A DNA stretch of 58,749 nucleotides from Planctomycetota bacterium. Lineage in GTDB: Bacteria > Planctomycetota > UBA1135 > UBA2386. Position numbers and translations under genes: made by a program. The notes under the pieces are model-generated. The model did not search any database and was not told the DNA's origin. It saw nothing but the letters and a program-made list of their open reading frames with translations. The first letter of the stretch is position 1, and every line of letters starts with the position of its first letter. The DNA is taken from contig VGXW01000002.1 of assembly GCA_016873195.1 (NCBI GenBank), positions 1 to 58,749 of the forward strand, in the 5' to 3' direction. This document shows positions 25,303 to 35,926 of this stretch, piece by piece.

Positions 25303-25803
25303 TCACTCCTTGGGCGCCATCTCGCGCAGCAGCTCGCGCATCGCCGCCTCGTCCTTCACGTCCAGCAGGAAGCGCCGGAAGTCCGCGCTGCGGGCCAGCG
25401 TGGAGATCCACCGCAGGCAACGCAGGTGGGTCTCGGGGTCGTTCGCCGGGGAGACCAGCAGGAACACGATGTGCACGGCCCGGCCGTCGATCGCCTGCCA
25501 CTCGAGCCCCGCCTTGCTGCGGGCCAGCACCAGGGTCACCGCCTGGACGTCGTCGCCCTTCACGTGCGGCACGGCCACGCCGTTGCCGAGTCCGGTGCTG
25601 CCGATCGCCTCGCGCTCGCCGAGCCGCTTCTGCAGGCCCTTCATCGTCTTGGCGGGGAACGACCCGGCGGTCTGCGCGACCGCGAGCAGTTCCTTCAGCG
25701 CGCCTTCCTTGGTCTTGGCCTCGATCTGCGCGACCAGCGCGGCACGTTCGACCAGCTGTCCGATCATGGCCGGCAGTGTCGGGAAAGCCGGCCGCTTGCG
25801 CAA
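25303..25803 (-). CDS. ptsN: PTS IIA-Ntr type protein
   Basis: EREAIGSTGLGNGVAVPHVKGD contains the IIA(Fru/Ntr) active-site His region. The gene lies between hpf and ptsH. The start could instead be the ATG at 25767. Confidence 0.8.
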   Translation of the reverse strand: MRKRPAFPTLPAMIGQLVERAALVAQIEAKTKEGALKELLAVAQTAGSFPAKTMKGLQKRLGEREAIGSTGLGNGVAVPHVKGDDVQAVTLVLARSKAGLEWQAIDGRAVHIVFLLVSPANDPETHLRCLRWISTLARSADFRRFLLDVKDEAAMRELLREMAPKE

Positions 25804-25881
25804 CGGCGCCCTTGCAGCCGAGCCCGGATCGCGTCGCCGGCGCGGCAGGTTCGCGACCCGACCCCGGCCCTGGCCGACCGG

Positions 25882-26307
25882 TCAGCGACGCAGCGTCTTG
25901 TCGACGATCGACTCGTAGCTCTCCTCGTCGCCGGCTTCCGCCCTGCCGCGCGCCCGCGCGGGCCGGCCGCCCGCGCGCTCGGCCTTGGCGTCGGGGTGCT
26001 TGTGGTCCTTGCGGCGCTCCTTCTCCTTGCGCAACTGCTTCTCCATCTTGTCGACCAGCAGGTCGATCGTCGACGAGAACGAGGTGCCGCGATCCCGCGC
26101 GACCAGCGGCAGGCCGCGGCGCCGGTGGACGATCAGTTCGATCTCGGGATTCCGGTGCGCGTGTTCGGCCACGACTTCGATGCGCGACAGCCGGTCGCGG
26201 AACCGCGCCAGCCGGGCCAACTTGTTCGCCGCGTGCGCCTGCATGCGCTCGGTGATGTCGTCGTGACGGCCCTTGAACTCGATCGTGACTTCGGTTTCCT
26301 CGGTCAT
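25882..26307 (-). CDS. hpf: ribosome hibernation promoting factor / sigma54 modulation protein family
   Basis: The internal ATG at 26307 is preceded by AGGTGA. MTEETEVTIEFKGRHDDITERMQAHAANKLARLARF...SSTIDLLVDKMEKQLRKEKER is typical of the RaiA/HPF fold. Confidence 0.8.
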   Translation of the reverse strand: MTEETEVTIEFKGRHDDITERMQAHAANKLARLARFRDRLSRIEVVAEHAHRNPEIELIVHRRRGLPLVARDRGTSFSSTIDLLVDKMEKQLRKEKERRKDHKHPDAKAERAGGRPARARGRAEAGDEESYESIVDKTLRR

Positions 26308-26415
26308 CGCTTCACCTGGGGTTGCCAGTTCTATCGACAGGCAGCAATACGCCAACTCAGTCCCGGTGCAAGTTCGGTCTCGGGCCGAGTTGCGGCGGGC
26401 GCCGCGACGGTCCGC

Positions 26416-27312
26416 TCAGCCGCCCCAGAACCGCACCTCGGGCTCGAGCTCGATGCCGAACCGGTCGCGCACCCGCCGGCGCACCTCCTGCATCAGGGCG
26501 ACGAAGTCCGCCGCGGACCCCGTGCCGTCGTTGACGAAGTAGTTCGCGTGCAGCCCGCTGACCTCGATGCCGCCGATGCGCAGGAGCTTGCAGCCGGCGA
26601 CCTCGATCAGCCGCCCCGCGGCGTCCCCGGCGGGGTTCCGGAACACGCAACCGACGCTGCGCTGGGCCACCGGCTGCGTCGCGTTGCGCTTCTTGAGGCT
26701 CTGCGAGAAGCGCTCGAAGATCGCCGCCGGGTCGTCGGGCACCAGCGCGAAGGTCGCCTGCAGCACGACCGCGCCCTCGAGCCCGCCGTCGCGGTAGCGC
26801 GCGCGGAACCGGTCGGGGCCGCGCACGGCGATCGCGCCGTCGGGCTCGACGACGACGAGGGACGACACGAGGTCGAACGTCTCCCCGTCGCGCGTGCCCG
26901 CGTTCATCGCCACGGCGCCGCCGACCTGGGCCGGGATGCCGGTCAGCCGCTCGAGCCCGGCGAGGCCCACGTCCTTGGTGGCGCGCAGCAGGCTCGGCAA
27001 CGTCACGCCGGCACCCGCCGCGACGCGGGTGCCGTCGCGCACGATGCGGTTCAGGTTGCCGAGGTGCAGCACGGCGCCGCGCACGCCGTCGTCGGCGACG
27101 ACGACGTTGCTGCCGCCGCCGAGCACGCGCAGCGGCACGTCGAGTTCGCGGCACGCGCGCACGACCAGGCCGACGTCCTCCTCCCCGTAGGGTTCGACGA
27201 ACCAGTCGGCGGGCCCGCCGATGCGCAGGTGCATCATCGGGGCGAGCACGACGTGCTCGCGCACCGAGCCGCGCATGCCGCGCAGCAGGAGCCGCAGGTC
27301 AGAGGCCGGCAA
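26416..27312 (-). CDS. murB: UDP-N-acetylenolpyruvoylglucosamine reductase
   Basis: MHLRIGGPADWFV...VLGGGSNVVV...GIPAQVGGAVAMNAG...GCVFRNP is typical MurB. Confidence 0.9.
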   Translation of the reverse strand: MPASDLRLLLRGMRGSVREHVVLAPMMHLRIGGPADWFVEPYGEEDVGLVVRACRELDVPLRVLGGGSNVVVADDGVRGAVLHLGNLNRIVRDGTRVAAGAGVTLPSLLRATKDVGLAGLERLTGIPAQVGGAVAMNAGTRDGETFDLVSSLVVVEPDGAIAVRGPDRFRARYRDGGLEGAVVLQATFALVPDDPAAIFERFSQSLKKRNATQPVAQRSVGCVFRNPAGDAAGRLIEVAGCKLLRIGGIEVSGLHANYFVNDGTGSAADFVALMQEVRRRVRDRFGIELEPEVRFWGG

Positions 27313-28711
27313 GGATGCCCCCCACGGCGCGGTCGATGTCGCCGGCGCCGAGCACGAGCACGAGGTCGCCGTCGCCGCGCAGGTCGGCGACGCGGGCCGG
27401 CACGGCGTCGACGTCGCCGACCGGTTCGCACCGGCCGCCGCGCGCGCGCACCGCCTGCACGAGGTCCGCGGCCGACACCGCGGCCTGCATCGCCGTGCTC
27501 TCGCGCGCGCCGTAGATGTCGGCGACCAGCGTCACGTCGGCCGTCGCGAGCACCTCCGCGAACTGCGGCAGCAGGCACAGCGTGCGCTGGAACTGGTGCG
27601 GCTGGAAGGCGACCAGCAGCCGGCGGCCCGGGAACCGGCGCCGCGCCGCCTGCAGCACGGCCTGGATCTCGGCGGGATGGTGCGCGTAGTCGTTGACGAG
27701 CAGGCCGCCGCGGCTGCCCTGGTGCAGCTCGAAGCGCCGGCGCACTCCCGCGAAGCCGGCGATGCCGATGCAGGCGGCCACCGGGTCGGCGCCCGCGAAG
27801 TGCGCGAGGCCGAGCGCGAACAGCGCGTTGGGCACGTTGTGGCGCCCCGCCAGGGTCAGCTGCACGCGCGGAAGCCGCTGGCCGTGCAGGATCGGCACGA
27901 ACGAGAAGCGGCCGAGGTCGTCGCGCACGTCGACCGCGCGGATGTCCGCCCAGAGCCCGGCGCCGACGGTCAGGATGCGCACGTCGTTGCGCAGGCTCGC
28001 GAGCCCGGCCCGCGGCACCGATTCCTCGACGAACGCAGCACCGCCCGGCCGCACGCGCGCGAGGTAGCCGGCGAAGGCGTCGACCAGTTCGTCGGTCGAC
28101 GGGTAGCAGTCGAAATGGTCGTGGTCGACGTTCAGGATCGCCGCGCCGAACGGCCGCAGGTTGTGGAAGCTGCGGTTGAACTCGCAGGCCTCGACGACGA
28201 ACTCCGGGCCCGCGCCGCCGCGGCCGTTGCCGCCGAGTTCGGGCACCTCGCCGCCGATCAGGTGCGACGGATCGAAGCCGGCCGCGCGCAGCGCCGCCAC
28301 GGTGAGTCCGGTCGTCGTCGTCTTGCCGTGCGTGCCGGCGATCGCCAGCGTGCGCCGGCCCTCGCTGAGCCGGCCGACGGCCTCCGCGTAGAGCAGCGAC
28401 GTGAACCCGCGCCGCACGCACTCCTGCACCTCGGCGTCGCCGCCCGGCACGGCCGCGCTGCGGATCACGTAGCCGTCCGCGCCGGCGATGCGCGCGGGTT
28501 GGCAGCCGACCCACGCGTCGATGCCCTCCTCGATCAGCCGCAGCAGCACCGGCCCGCCGCTCGCATCGCTGCCGCTGACCTCGTTGCCGGTGCCGCCGAG
28601 CAGGCGCGCGAGCCCGCTCATGCCGGCCCCGGCCACGCCGACGAAGTGGAACCGCCGGCTCGCGAAGCTGGTGCCCGCCGCGCCGGCCGGTGCGGTGCCG
28701 TGCTCGGTCAT
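27299..28711 (-). CDS. murC: UDP-N-acetylmuramate--L-alanine ligase
   Basis: An internal ATG of ORF 27299..29830 gives FHFVGVAGAGMSGLA, IAGTHGKTTTT and NDYAHHPAEI. It has an ATGA overlap with the murG stop. Confidence 0.9.
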   Translation of the reverse strand: MTEHGTAPAGAAGTSFASRRFHFVGVAGAGMSGLARLLGGTGNEVSGSDASGGPVLLRLIEEGIDAWVGCQPARIAGADGYVIRSAAVPGGDAEVQECVRRGFTSLLYAEAVGRLSEGRRTLAIAGTHGKTTTTGLTVAALRAAGFDPSHLIGGEVPELGGNGRGGAGPEFVVEACEFNRSFHNLRPFGAAILNVDHDHFDCYPSTDELVDAFAGYLARVRPGGAAFVEESVPRAGLASLRNDVRILTVGAGLWADIRAVDVRDDLGRFSFVPILHGQRLPRVQLTLAGRHNVPNALFALGLAHFAGADPVAACIGIAGFAGVRRRFELHQGSRGGLLVNDYAHHPAEIQAVLQAARRRFPGRRLLVAFQPHQFQRTLCLLPQFAEVLATADVTLVADIYGARESTAMQAAVSAADLVQAVRARGGRCEPVGDVDAVPARVADLRGDGDLVLVLGAGDIDRAVGGILAGL

Positions 28712-29844
28712 CGGCCGGCCTCCGCGTCGGCGCCGGGCTCGGCCGCCCGCGGCACCGGCCCGGGCGCCTCGACCCAACCGGCCTCCCTGGCCATGTCGCG
28801 CAGGATCACGCCGATGGGGTCGGTGGCGCACAGCCGCCGCGCCGCGTCGCCCATCGCCTGCAGCCGCGCCGGGTCCGCGAGCAGCGCGGCGGCGAGGTCC
28901 GCGAGGTCGCCGACCGCGAGGTCCTTCTCCTCGACGACGATCGCCGCGCCGGCCGCGACGAGCACGCCGGCGTTGTGCAGCTGCTGCTGGTCCTTGTGGT
29001 GCGGGTAGGGCACGACGACCGCCGCGCGCCCGGCCGCGGCGAGTTCGGCCACCGTGGTGCCGCCGCCGCGGCAGATCACCAGGTCCGCGGCCCCGTACAT
29101 GCGGTCCATGTCGATCGCGACCGGACGCACGTAGGCGCGCAGGCGGCCTTCGGCGGCCGCGTAGAGCCGGCGCACGGCATCGTCGCGGCCGAGCCCGCTG
29201 AGGTGCAGCACCTGCACGGCGCAGGGCAGCCGCGCGAGCGCCAGCGGCACCTGCGAGTTGAGCACCGAGGCTCCCTGGCTGCCGCCGGTGACCAGCACGG
29301 TCGGCACGCCGGCGACGAGGCCCAGCGCCTCGCGCGCGGCGCGGCGGTCGATGCGCGCGAACTCGGGGCGCAGCGGCGTGCCGGTGAACAGCGCCCGCGG
29401 ATCGGCCGGCCGCTTGCCGGGCAGGCCGTGGTAGATGCGCCGCGCGAACGGCAGCAGCCAGCGGTTGGCCCGGCCGGTGACGGCGTTCTGCTCGAGCAGG
29501 AACAGCGGGATGCGCAGGCTCCGCGCCGCGAGACCGACCGGCAGCGACGGCCGGCCGCCGGTGCTGACGACGCAGTCGACGCGGCCCCGCTCGAGCAGCC
29601 GCCGCGCCGCCACGACCGCGCGCAAGAGCCAGAAGGGCAGCAGCAACCGCGACGGCCGGCCGCCGGGCAGGCTCAACTCCTCGAGGCCGGGCAGCTCGCG
29701 CCGCAGCAGTTCGCGCTCGACCTCGCGCCCCTCGGTGCAGAGCAAGGGCTCGTGGCCGCGTTCCCGCAGCCCGCGCGCGAGCGCCAGCGCCGGCATCAGA
29801 TGCCCGCCGGTGCCGCCGCTGACCAGACACACCCGTTGCACCAT
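28708..29844 (-). CDS. murG: undecaprenyldiphospho-muramoylpentapeptide beta-N-acetylglucosaminyltransferase
   Basis: The internal ATG gives MVQRVCLVSGGTGGHLMPALALA, VTGGSQGA and ICRGGGTTVAELAAAG. Confidence 0.9.
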   Translation of the reverse strand: MVQRVCLVSGGTGGHLMPALALARGLRERGHEPLLCTEGREVERELLRRELPGLEELSLPGGRPSRLLLPFWLLRAVVAARRLLERGRVDCVVSTGGRPSLPVGLAARSLRIPLFLLEQNAVTGRANRWLLPFARRIYHGLPGKRPADPRALFTGTPLRPEFARIDRRAAREALGLVAGVPTVLVTGGSQGASVLNSQVPLALARLPCAVQVLHLSGLGRDDAVRRLYAAAEGRLRAYVRPVAIDMDRMYGAADLVICRGGGTTVAELAAAGRAAVVVPYPHHKDQQQLHNAGVLVAAGAAIVVEEKDLAVGDLADLAAALLADPARLQAMGDAARRLCATDPIGVILRDMAREAGWVEAPGPVPRAAEPGADAEAGR

Positions 29845-29876
29845 CCGTCTCGCTCCCCGGCCGCAGCCCGGACCGG

Positions 29877-30632
29877 TCACTTCTTCGGCAGCTTGATCTT
29901 CTCGCCGATCCTGAGGTTCGTCGGGTCCAGGCCCGGGTTGAGGTTCCTGATCTCGTCGACGCGCCTGCGCGAGCCGAGCTGGCGGATTTTGATGCCCTCG
30001 AACGTGTCGCCCCTGGCGACCGTGTAGGTGCCGGGCTCGGCCGGGGCCGGCTTGCCGCCGGCGCCGGGCGCCGCGGCGTCGCGCGGGGCCGGCTTGCCCG
30101 CGCGCTGCAGGATCGCGTCGGCCTCCGCCCTGGTCGGCAGCAGCAGCTCCTGGCCGGGCTTGAGCTTCGTCGGCTCGGCGCGCGGGTTCAGCCGCGCGAT
30201 CTCGAGGCGCAGCACGACGCTGCCGAAGTGCTGCTTCGCGATGCTCTCGAACGAGTCGCCGCTCTGCACCTTGTGCGCGGGCCGCGCCGCCGCGACCTCC
30301 GGCTTCGGCGGCTCGCTCGCCTTCGGCTGTTCCGCGGGCTTCGCCTCGCCGCCGGCCTGGGGCTGGCCGCCCGGGGCGTTCGCGGGCGGCGCGGTGTTGC
30401 GCGCGGCCTCGGGCTGCTGCGGCCGCAGCAGCGCTTCGAAGCTCGGCGTGCCGACCGGCCCGGCGCGGCGTTCGGCCGCGGGCCCCGCGGGGGAGCCGGC
30501 GGCGAGGTCGGCGCCCGGGCTGCCCGGCGCGCGCTTGCCCGCCGGGCTGCCTTCGCCCCAGATCGTGACGCCGAGGATCAAGAAGATGACGAGACACAGC
30601 ACGTAGAGGCCGTACTTCTCGAGTTGGCCCAT
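29877..30632 (-). CDS. membrane-anchored protein with Pro/Ala-rich linker and two LysM-like domains
   Basis: The internal ATG overlaps the ftsW stop by 1 nt. The N-terminal TM segment is YGLYVLCLVIFLILGVTIW. The LysM-like segments are HKVQSGDSFESIAKQHFG...LKPGQELLLP and YTVARGDTFEGIKIRQLG...LRIGEKIKLP. Confidence 0.7.
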   Translation of the reverse strand: MGQLEKYGLYVLCLVIFLILGVTIWGEGSPAGKRAPGSPGADLAAGSPAGPAAERRAGPVGTPSFEALLRPQQPEAARNTAPPANAPGGQPQAGGEAKPAEQPKASEPPKPEVAAARPAHKVQSGDSFESIAKQHFGSVVLRLEIARLNPRAEPTKLKPGQELLLPTRAEADAILQRAGKPAPRDAAAPGAGGKPAPAEPGTYTVARGDTFEGIKIRQLGSRRRVDEIRNLNPGLDPTNLRIGEKIKLPKK

Positions 30633-31795
30633 CACACCCTCCCAGAAAGGACAGAGACCGGAGATTCGTCGATCGTCGAGAACGCACCCGCGTGGTCGGC
30701 TCTGGCGGCGTTGCCGATCAGGCCGACCCCGGCGAGGCAGAACATCAGGCTGGTGCCGCCCGTGCTGACGAAGGGCAGGTCGATGCCCTTCGCCGGCGCC
30801 CACCCGCTGACCACGAGCAGGTTCGCCGCCGCCTGCAGGCAGATCATCAGAGCGTAGCCGCAGACCACGTAGCGCAGGAACGGGTCGCGCACCTTGCCGG
30901 TGAGCCGGTAGCCGACCACGCCGAACACCGTGAACGCCGCGAGCACGAACAGCGAGCCGGCGAAGCCGAGTTCCTCGCCGACGATCGCGAACACGAAGTC
31001 GTTCTTGGCCTCGGGCACGTAGCCCATCTTCATCCAGCCCTGGCCGAGGCCCTGGCCGAACCAGCCGCCCGACGACAGCGCGATCAGGCCGAGCCCGACC
31101 TGCGAGTCGGGATCCGGCGAGCCGAGGGCGGTGAACCGCCTGACCACGTAGTCGTGCTGCAGCGCGGCCCAGGCGAACAGCGCGAGCCCGGCCGCCGCCG
31201 CCGGCACGAAGTGCACGAAGCGCACGCCGCCGACCAGCGCGAGCACGCTCGCGAGGCCGAGCACGATCAGCGCGTTGCCGTGGTCGGGCTGGCACAGCAG
31301 GGCCGCGGCGAGCGCGACCGCACAGCCGATCGCCGGCAGGAACCCGTGCCGGAACGTGCCGGCCCGCTGGCCCGCGCGCGCGAGCAGCCGCGCGATCGCG
31401 AGGATCATGAAGAACCGGGCCGGCTCGACGGGCTGGAACTGGAAGCTGCCGAACTGGATCCAGCGGTGCGCACCGTTGACGTCGCGGCCGACGGCGTGCG
31501 GCAGCAGGCAGCACGCCACCGCGACGGCGAACGCCGGCAGCGCCGCGCGGGCCACGTGGCGCATCGGCACGAGCGCGGCGATCAGGAACGCCGCGAGCGC
31601 GGCGAACAGCTTGCCGCCCTGCAGCTTCATCGCCTGGATCGGCCCGACGCGCAGTTCGGCCCCCTGCACCGAGACGGCCATCACGAGGCCGAGGCAGCAC
31701 AGCGCGACGGTCGCCAGCATCAGCCAGTCGAGTTCGCGCAGGTGGGTGCCCGCGCGCGCGTCCGGCCCGCCGGCGATCGCCGTGGAGCGGGCCAT
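30632..31795 (-). CDS. ftsW: SEDS family peptidoglycan polymerase FtsW/RodA
   Basis: The internal ATG gives a polytopic protein with PEAKNDFVFAIVGEELGFAG and PFVSTGGTSLM motifs. The start overlaps the mraY stop. Confidence 0.85.
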   Translation of the reverse strand: MARSTAIAGGPDARAGTHLRELDWLMLATVALCCLGLVMAVSVQGAELRVGPIQAMKLQGGKLFAALAAFLIAALVPMRHVARAALPAFAVAVACCLLPHAVGRDVNGAHRWIQFGSFQFQPVEPARFFMILAIARLLARAGQRAGTFRHGFLPAIGCAVALAAALLCQPDHGNALIVLGLASVLALVGGVRFVHFVPAAAAGLALFAWAALQHDYVVRRFTALGSPDPDSQVGLGLIALSSGGWFGQGLGQGWMKMGYVPEAKNDFVFAIVGEELGFAGSLFVLAAFTVFGVVGYRLTGKVRDPFLRYVVCGYALMICLQAAANLLVVSGWAPAKGIDLPFVSTGGTSLMFCLAGVGLIGNAARADHAGAFSTIDESPVSVLSGRV

Positions 31796-32913
31796 CAGCG
31801 CACCTTGAACAGCGCGAGGCTGCACAGGGCCAGCAGCGCGGAGACCACCCACGTGCGCACGACCACGCGGGTCTCCGGCATGCCGCCGAACTGGAAGTGG
31901 TGGTGCAGCGGCGCGCAGCGGAACACGCGCACGCCGCGCAGCCGGAACGACGCGACCTGGATCAGCACCGACAGCGCCTCGACGACGAACACGCCGCCGA
32001 CGACGAGCAGCACGAGTTCGGTGCGGCTGACCAGCGCCGCGTAACCGAGCGCGCCGCCGAGCCCGAGGCTGCCGACGTCGCCGAGGAAGACGAGCGCCGG
32101 CGCGGCGTTGAACCACAGGAAACCGAGCGCGGCGCCGAGCAGCGCCGCCATCATCACGGTCATCTCGCCGGCGCCCGCGACGTGCTGCACCAGCAGGTAG
32201 GCCGACCAGTCGACGCGGCCGACCGCGTAGGTGATCACCGCGTAGGCGATCGCGGCCGAGGCGATGCAGCCGGCGGCCAGCCCGTCGAGGCCGTCGGTCA
32301 GGTTCACGGCGTTGGCCGAGCCGGTCAGCACGAGCACGCCGAGCACCAGGAACGGCAGACCGAACCAGACGGTCAGGTCGAGCGACACGTCCTTCAGGAA
32401 CGGCACGTAGAGGTGCGGCCCGCCGGCGCCGCCCTCGAGCGCGGCCGGGCCCAGCAGCCACAGCGACGCGAGCAGCGCGACCAGCGTCAGCGCGCCCTGC
32501 TTCTCGCGCTTGCCGATGCCGCGCTTCTGCGGGTTGCGCAGCTTGACCCAGTCGTCCCAGAGGCCGACCGCGGCGAACCCGGCGATCAGCAGCACGCCGG
32601 GCCACGAGAAGTGGTTCGGCGGATCGAAGCGCAGCCACAGCAGGCTCGCGGCGAGCAGGCCGCCGACGACGAACAGCCCGCCCATCGTCGGCGTGCCCTT
32701 CTTGTGCGCGTGCAGCGCCTCGAGCCGTTGCGAACCGGTGCCGTCGATGCGCTCGCCGACGCCCTGGCGCGAGAGCCAGGCGATCACGCGCGGGCCGAAC
32801 AGCACCGCGAACAGGAACGCCGTCACCGCAGCACCCGCGGCGCGGAACGAGATGTAGCCGAACAGCCGGCACACGTCGTCCGAGAACAGCCAGGGCGCGA
32901 GCCAGTGGATCAT
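31795..32913 (-). CDS. mraY: phospho-N-acetylmuramoyl-pentapeptide transferase
   Basis: KKGTPTMGG, NAVNLTDGLDGLA, PALVFLGDVGSLGLG and APLHHHF motifs. It has an ATGA overlap with the murF stop. Confidence 0.95.
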   Translation of the reverse strand: MIHWLAPWLFSDDVCRLFGYISFRAAGAAVTAFLFAVLFGPRVIAWLSRQGVGERIDGTGSQRLEALHAHKKGTPTMGGLFVVGGLLAASLLWLRFDPPNHFSWPGVLLIAGFAAVGLWDDWVKLRNPQKRGIGKREKQGALTLVALLASLWLLGPAALEGGAGGPHLYVPFLKDVSLDLTVWFGLPFLVLGVLVLTGSANAVNLTDGLDGLAAGCIASAAIAYAVITYAVGRVDWSAYLLVQHVAGAGEMTVMMAALLGAALGFLWFNAAPALVFLGDVGSLGLGGALGYAALVSRTELVLLVVGGVFVVEALSVLIQVASFRLRGVRVFRCAPLHHHFQFGGMPETRVVVRTWVVSALLALCSLALFKVR

Positions 32914-34390
32914 CCGGCCGTCGCCTCCGCCGCCGCGGCGACGCCGCCGAGTTCGGCGACGAGCCGGTCCACGAGCCGATCGAGTTGCACCGCCCGCGAG
33001 GCCTTGCACAGCACGCGGTCGCCGGGGCGCACCAGGGTCCGCAGCAGTTCGAACGCGGCGGCGGCCCCGTCGACCCGGTGCACGTCGCCGGCCGGCATGC
33101 CCGCCGCGACGGCGCCGTCGGCGATCGCGCCCGCGGCCGCGCCGACGCAGACCAGCAGGTCCTGCCGCGTGGCCCGCACCTCGGCGCCGACCTGGTTGTG
33201 CAGCGCGGCGCTCGCCGCGCCGAGTTCGCGCATCTCGCCGAACACGACGATGCGGCGGCCGCCCGGGCCGAGCCCCGCCAGCGCCTGCAGCGCGGCGCGC
33301 GCCGACGCCGGGTTCATGTTGTAGGTGTCGTCGAAGACCATGGCCCCGCCGGCGGCCTTCGGCTCGAGCCGCCGCGCCGCCGACGGCACGCCCGCGAGCG
33401 CGCGCAGCACGTCCTCCTCGGCGACGCCGAGGTGGCTCGCGGCGGCGATCGCGAACAGCGCGTTGTAGACGTTGTGCGTGCCCAGGCGCGGCAGCGTGAC
33501 GGGACGCGCGCCCTGCAGCAGGAACGAGGTGCCGAGCGCGTGGAAGCGCACGTCGGTGGCGAACCAGTCCGCGGTCCGCGCGACGCTCGCGAACTGCACG
33601 CGCGCGCGCGTCGACTCGGCCATCGCGCGGCACGCGGCGTCGTCGCCGTTCAGGATGCAGAGCCCGTCCTCGGGCAGGCCCATCGGCAGGCCGGCCTTCT
33701 CGCGGGCGACGCCGGCGAGCGAACCGAGCCCCTCGAGGTGGGCCGGCGCGACGCAGGTGACGATGCCGACGTCGGGGCGCGCGACGGCGGTCAGTTGCGC
33801 GATCTCGCCCGGGGCGTTGGTGCCGATCTCGACCACCGCGGCGCGCGTCGCGGCGTCGATCGCGAACAGCGTCAGCGGCACGCCGACCTGGTTGTTGTAC
33901 GAGGCCGGCGAGCGCACGGTCGGCATCGCCGCGGCCAGCACCGCGCCGAGCCACTCCTTGGTCGAGGTCTTGCCGCACGAACCGGTGATGCCGACGACCT
34001 TCGCGCGGTGCCGGCGCCGGTGTTCGGCCGCGAGGTCGAGCAGCGCCCGGCCGGTGTCGGGCACGCGCACGACGAACGGCGCGGCCAGGCGGCCGGGTTC
34101 CGGCGGCAGTTCCGCGAGCGGCCGGTCGACCAGCAGGCCGACCGCGCCGCGCTGCACGGCGTCGGCGACGAACCGGTGGCCGTCGTGCGCGTCGCCGCGC
34201 AGCGCCACGAACAGTCTGCCGGCGCAGTCCGCGCGCGAGTCGGTGGTCACCGTCGCCGCGGCACTGCCGCGCCGCAGCACCTCGCCGCCGGTCGTGCGCG
34301 CGACGGCGGCGGCCGTGAGCCAGGACCCGCGCCCGGCCCGGCCGGGCCGGCGCCCCGGTTCGCCGCCGGGCGAGGCGTCGCGGTGCCTGG

Positions 34391-34394
<4 letters not shown>
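32910..34394 (-). CDS. murF: UDP-N-acetylmuramoyl-tripeptide--D-alanyl-D-alanine ligase
   Basis: VVGITGSCGKTSTKE, EIGTNAPGEI and DDTYNMNPASA motifs. The start overlaps the murE stop. Confidence 0.85.

Positions 34395-35926
<1,532 letters not shown>

Noticed and set aside
26308-26415. A sigma54 promoter upstream of hpf (TTGGCGTATTGCTGCC resembles TGGCAC-N5-TTGC).
   Set aside because: The GG-to-GC spacing is 8 or 11 nt rather than the required 12. No rpoN context is visible, so I do not call it.
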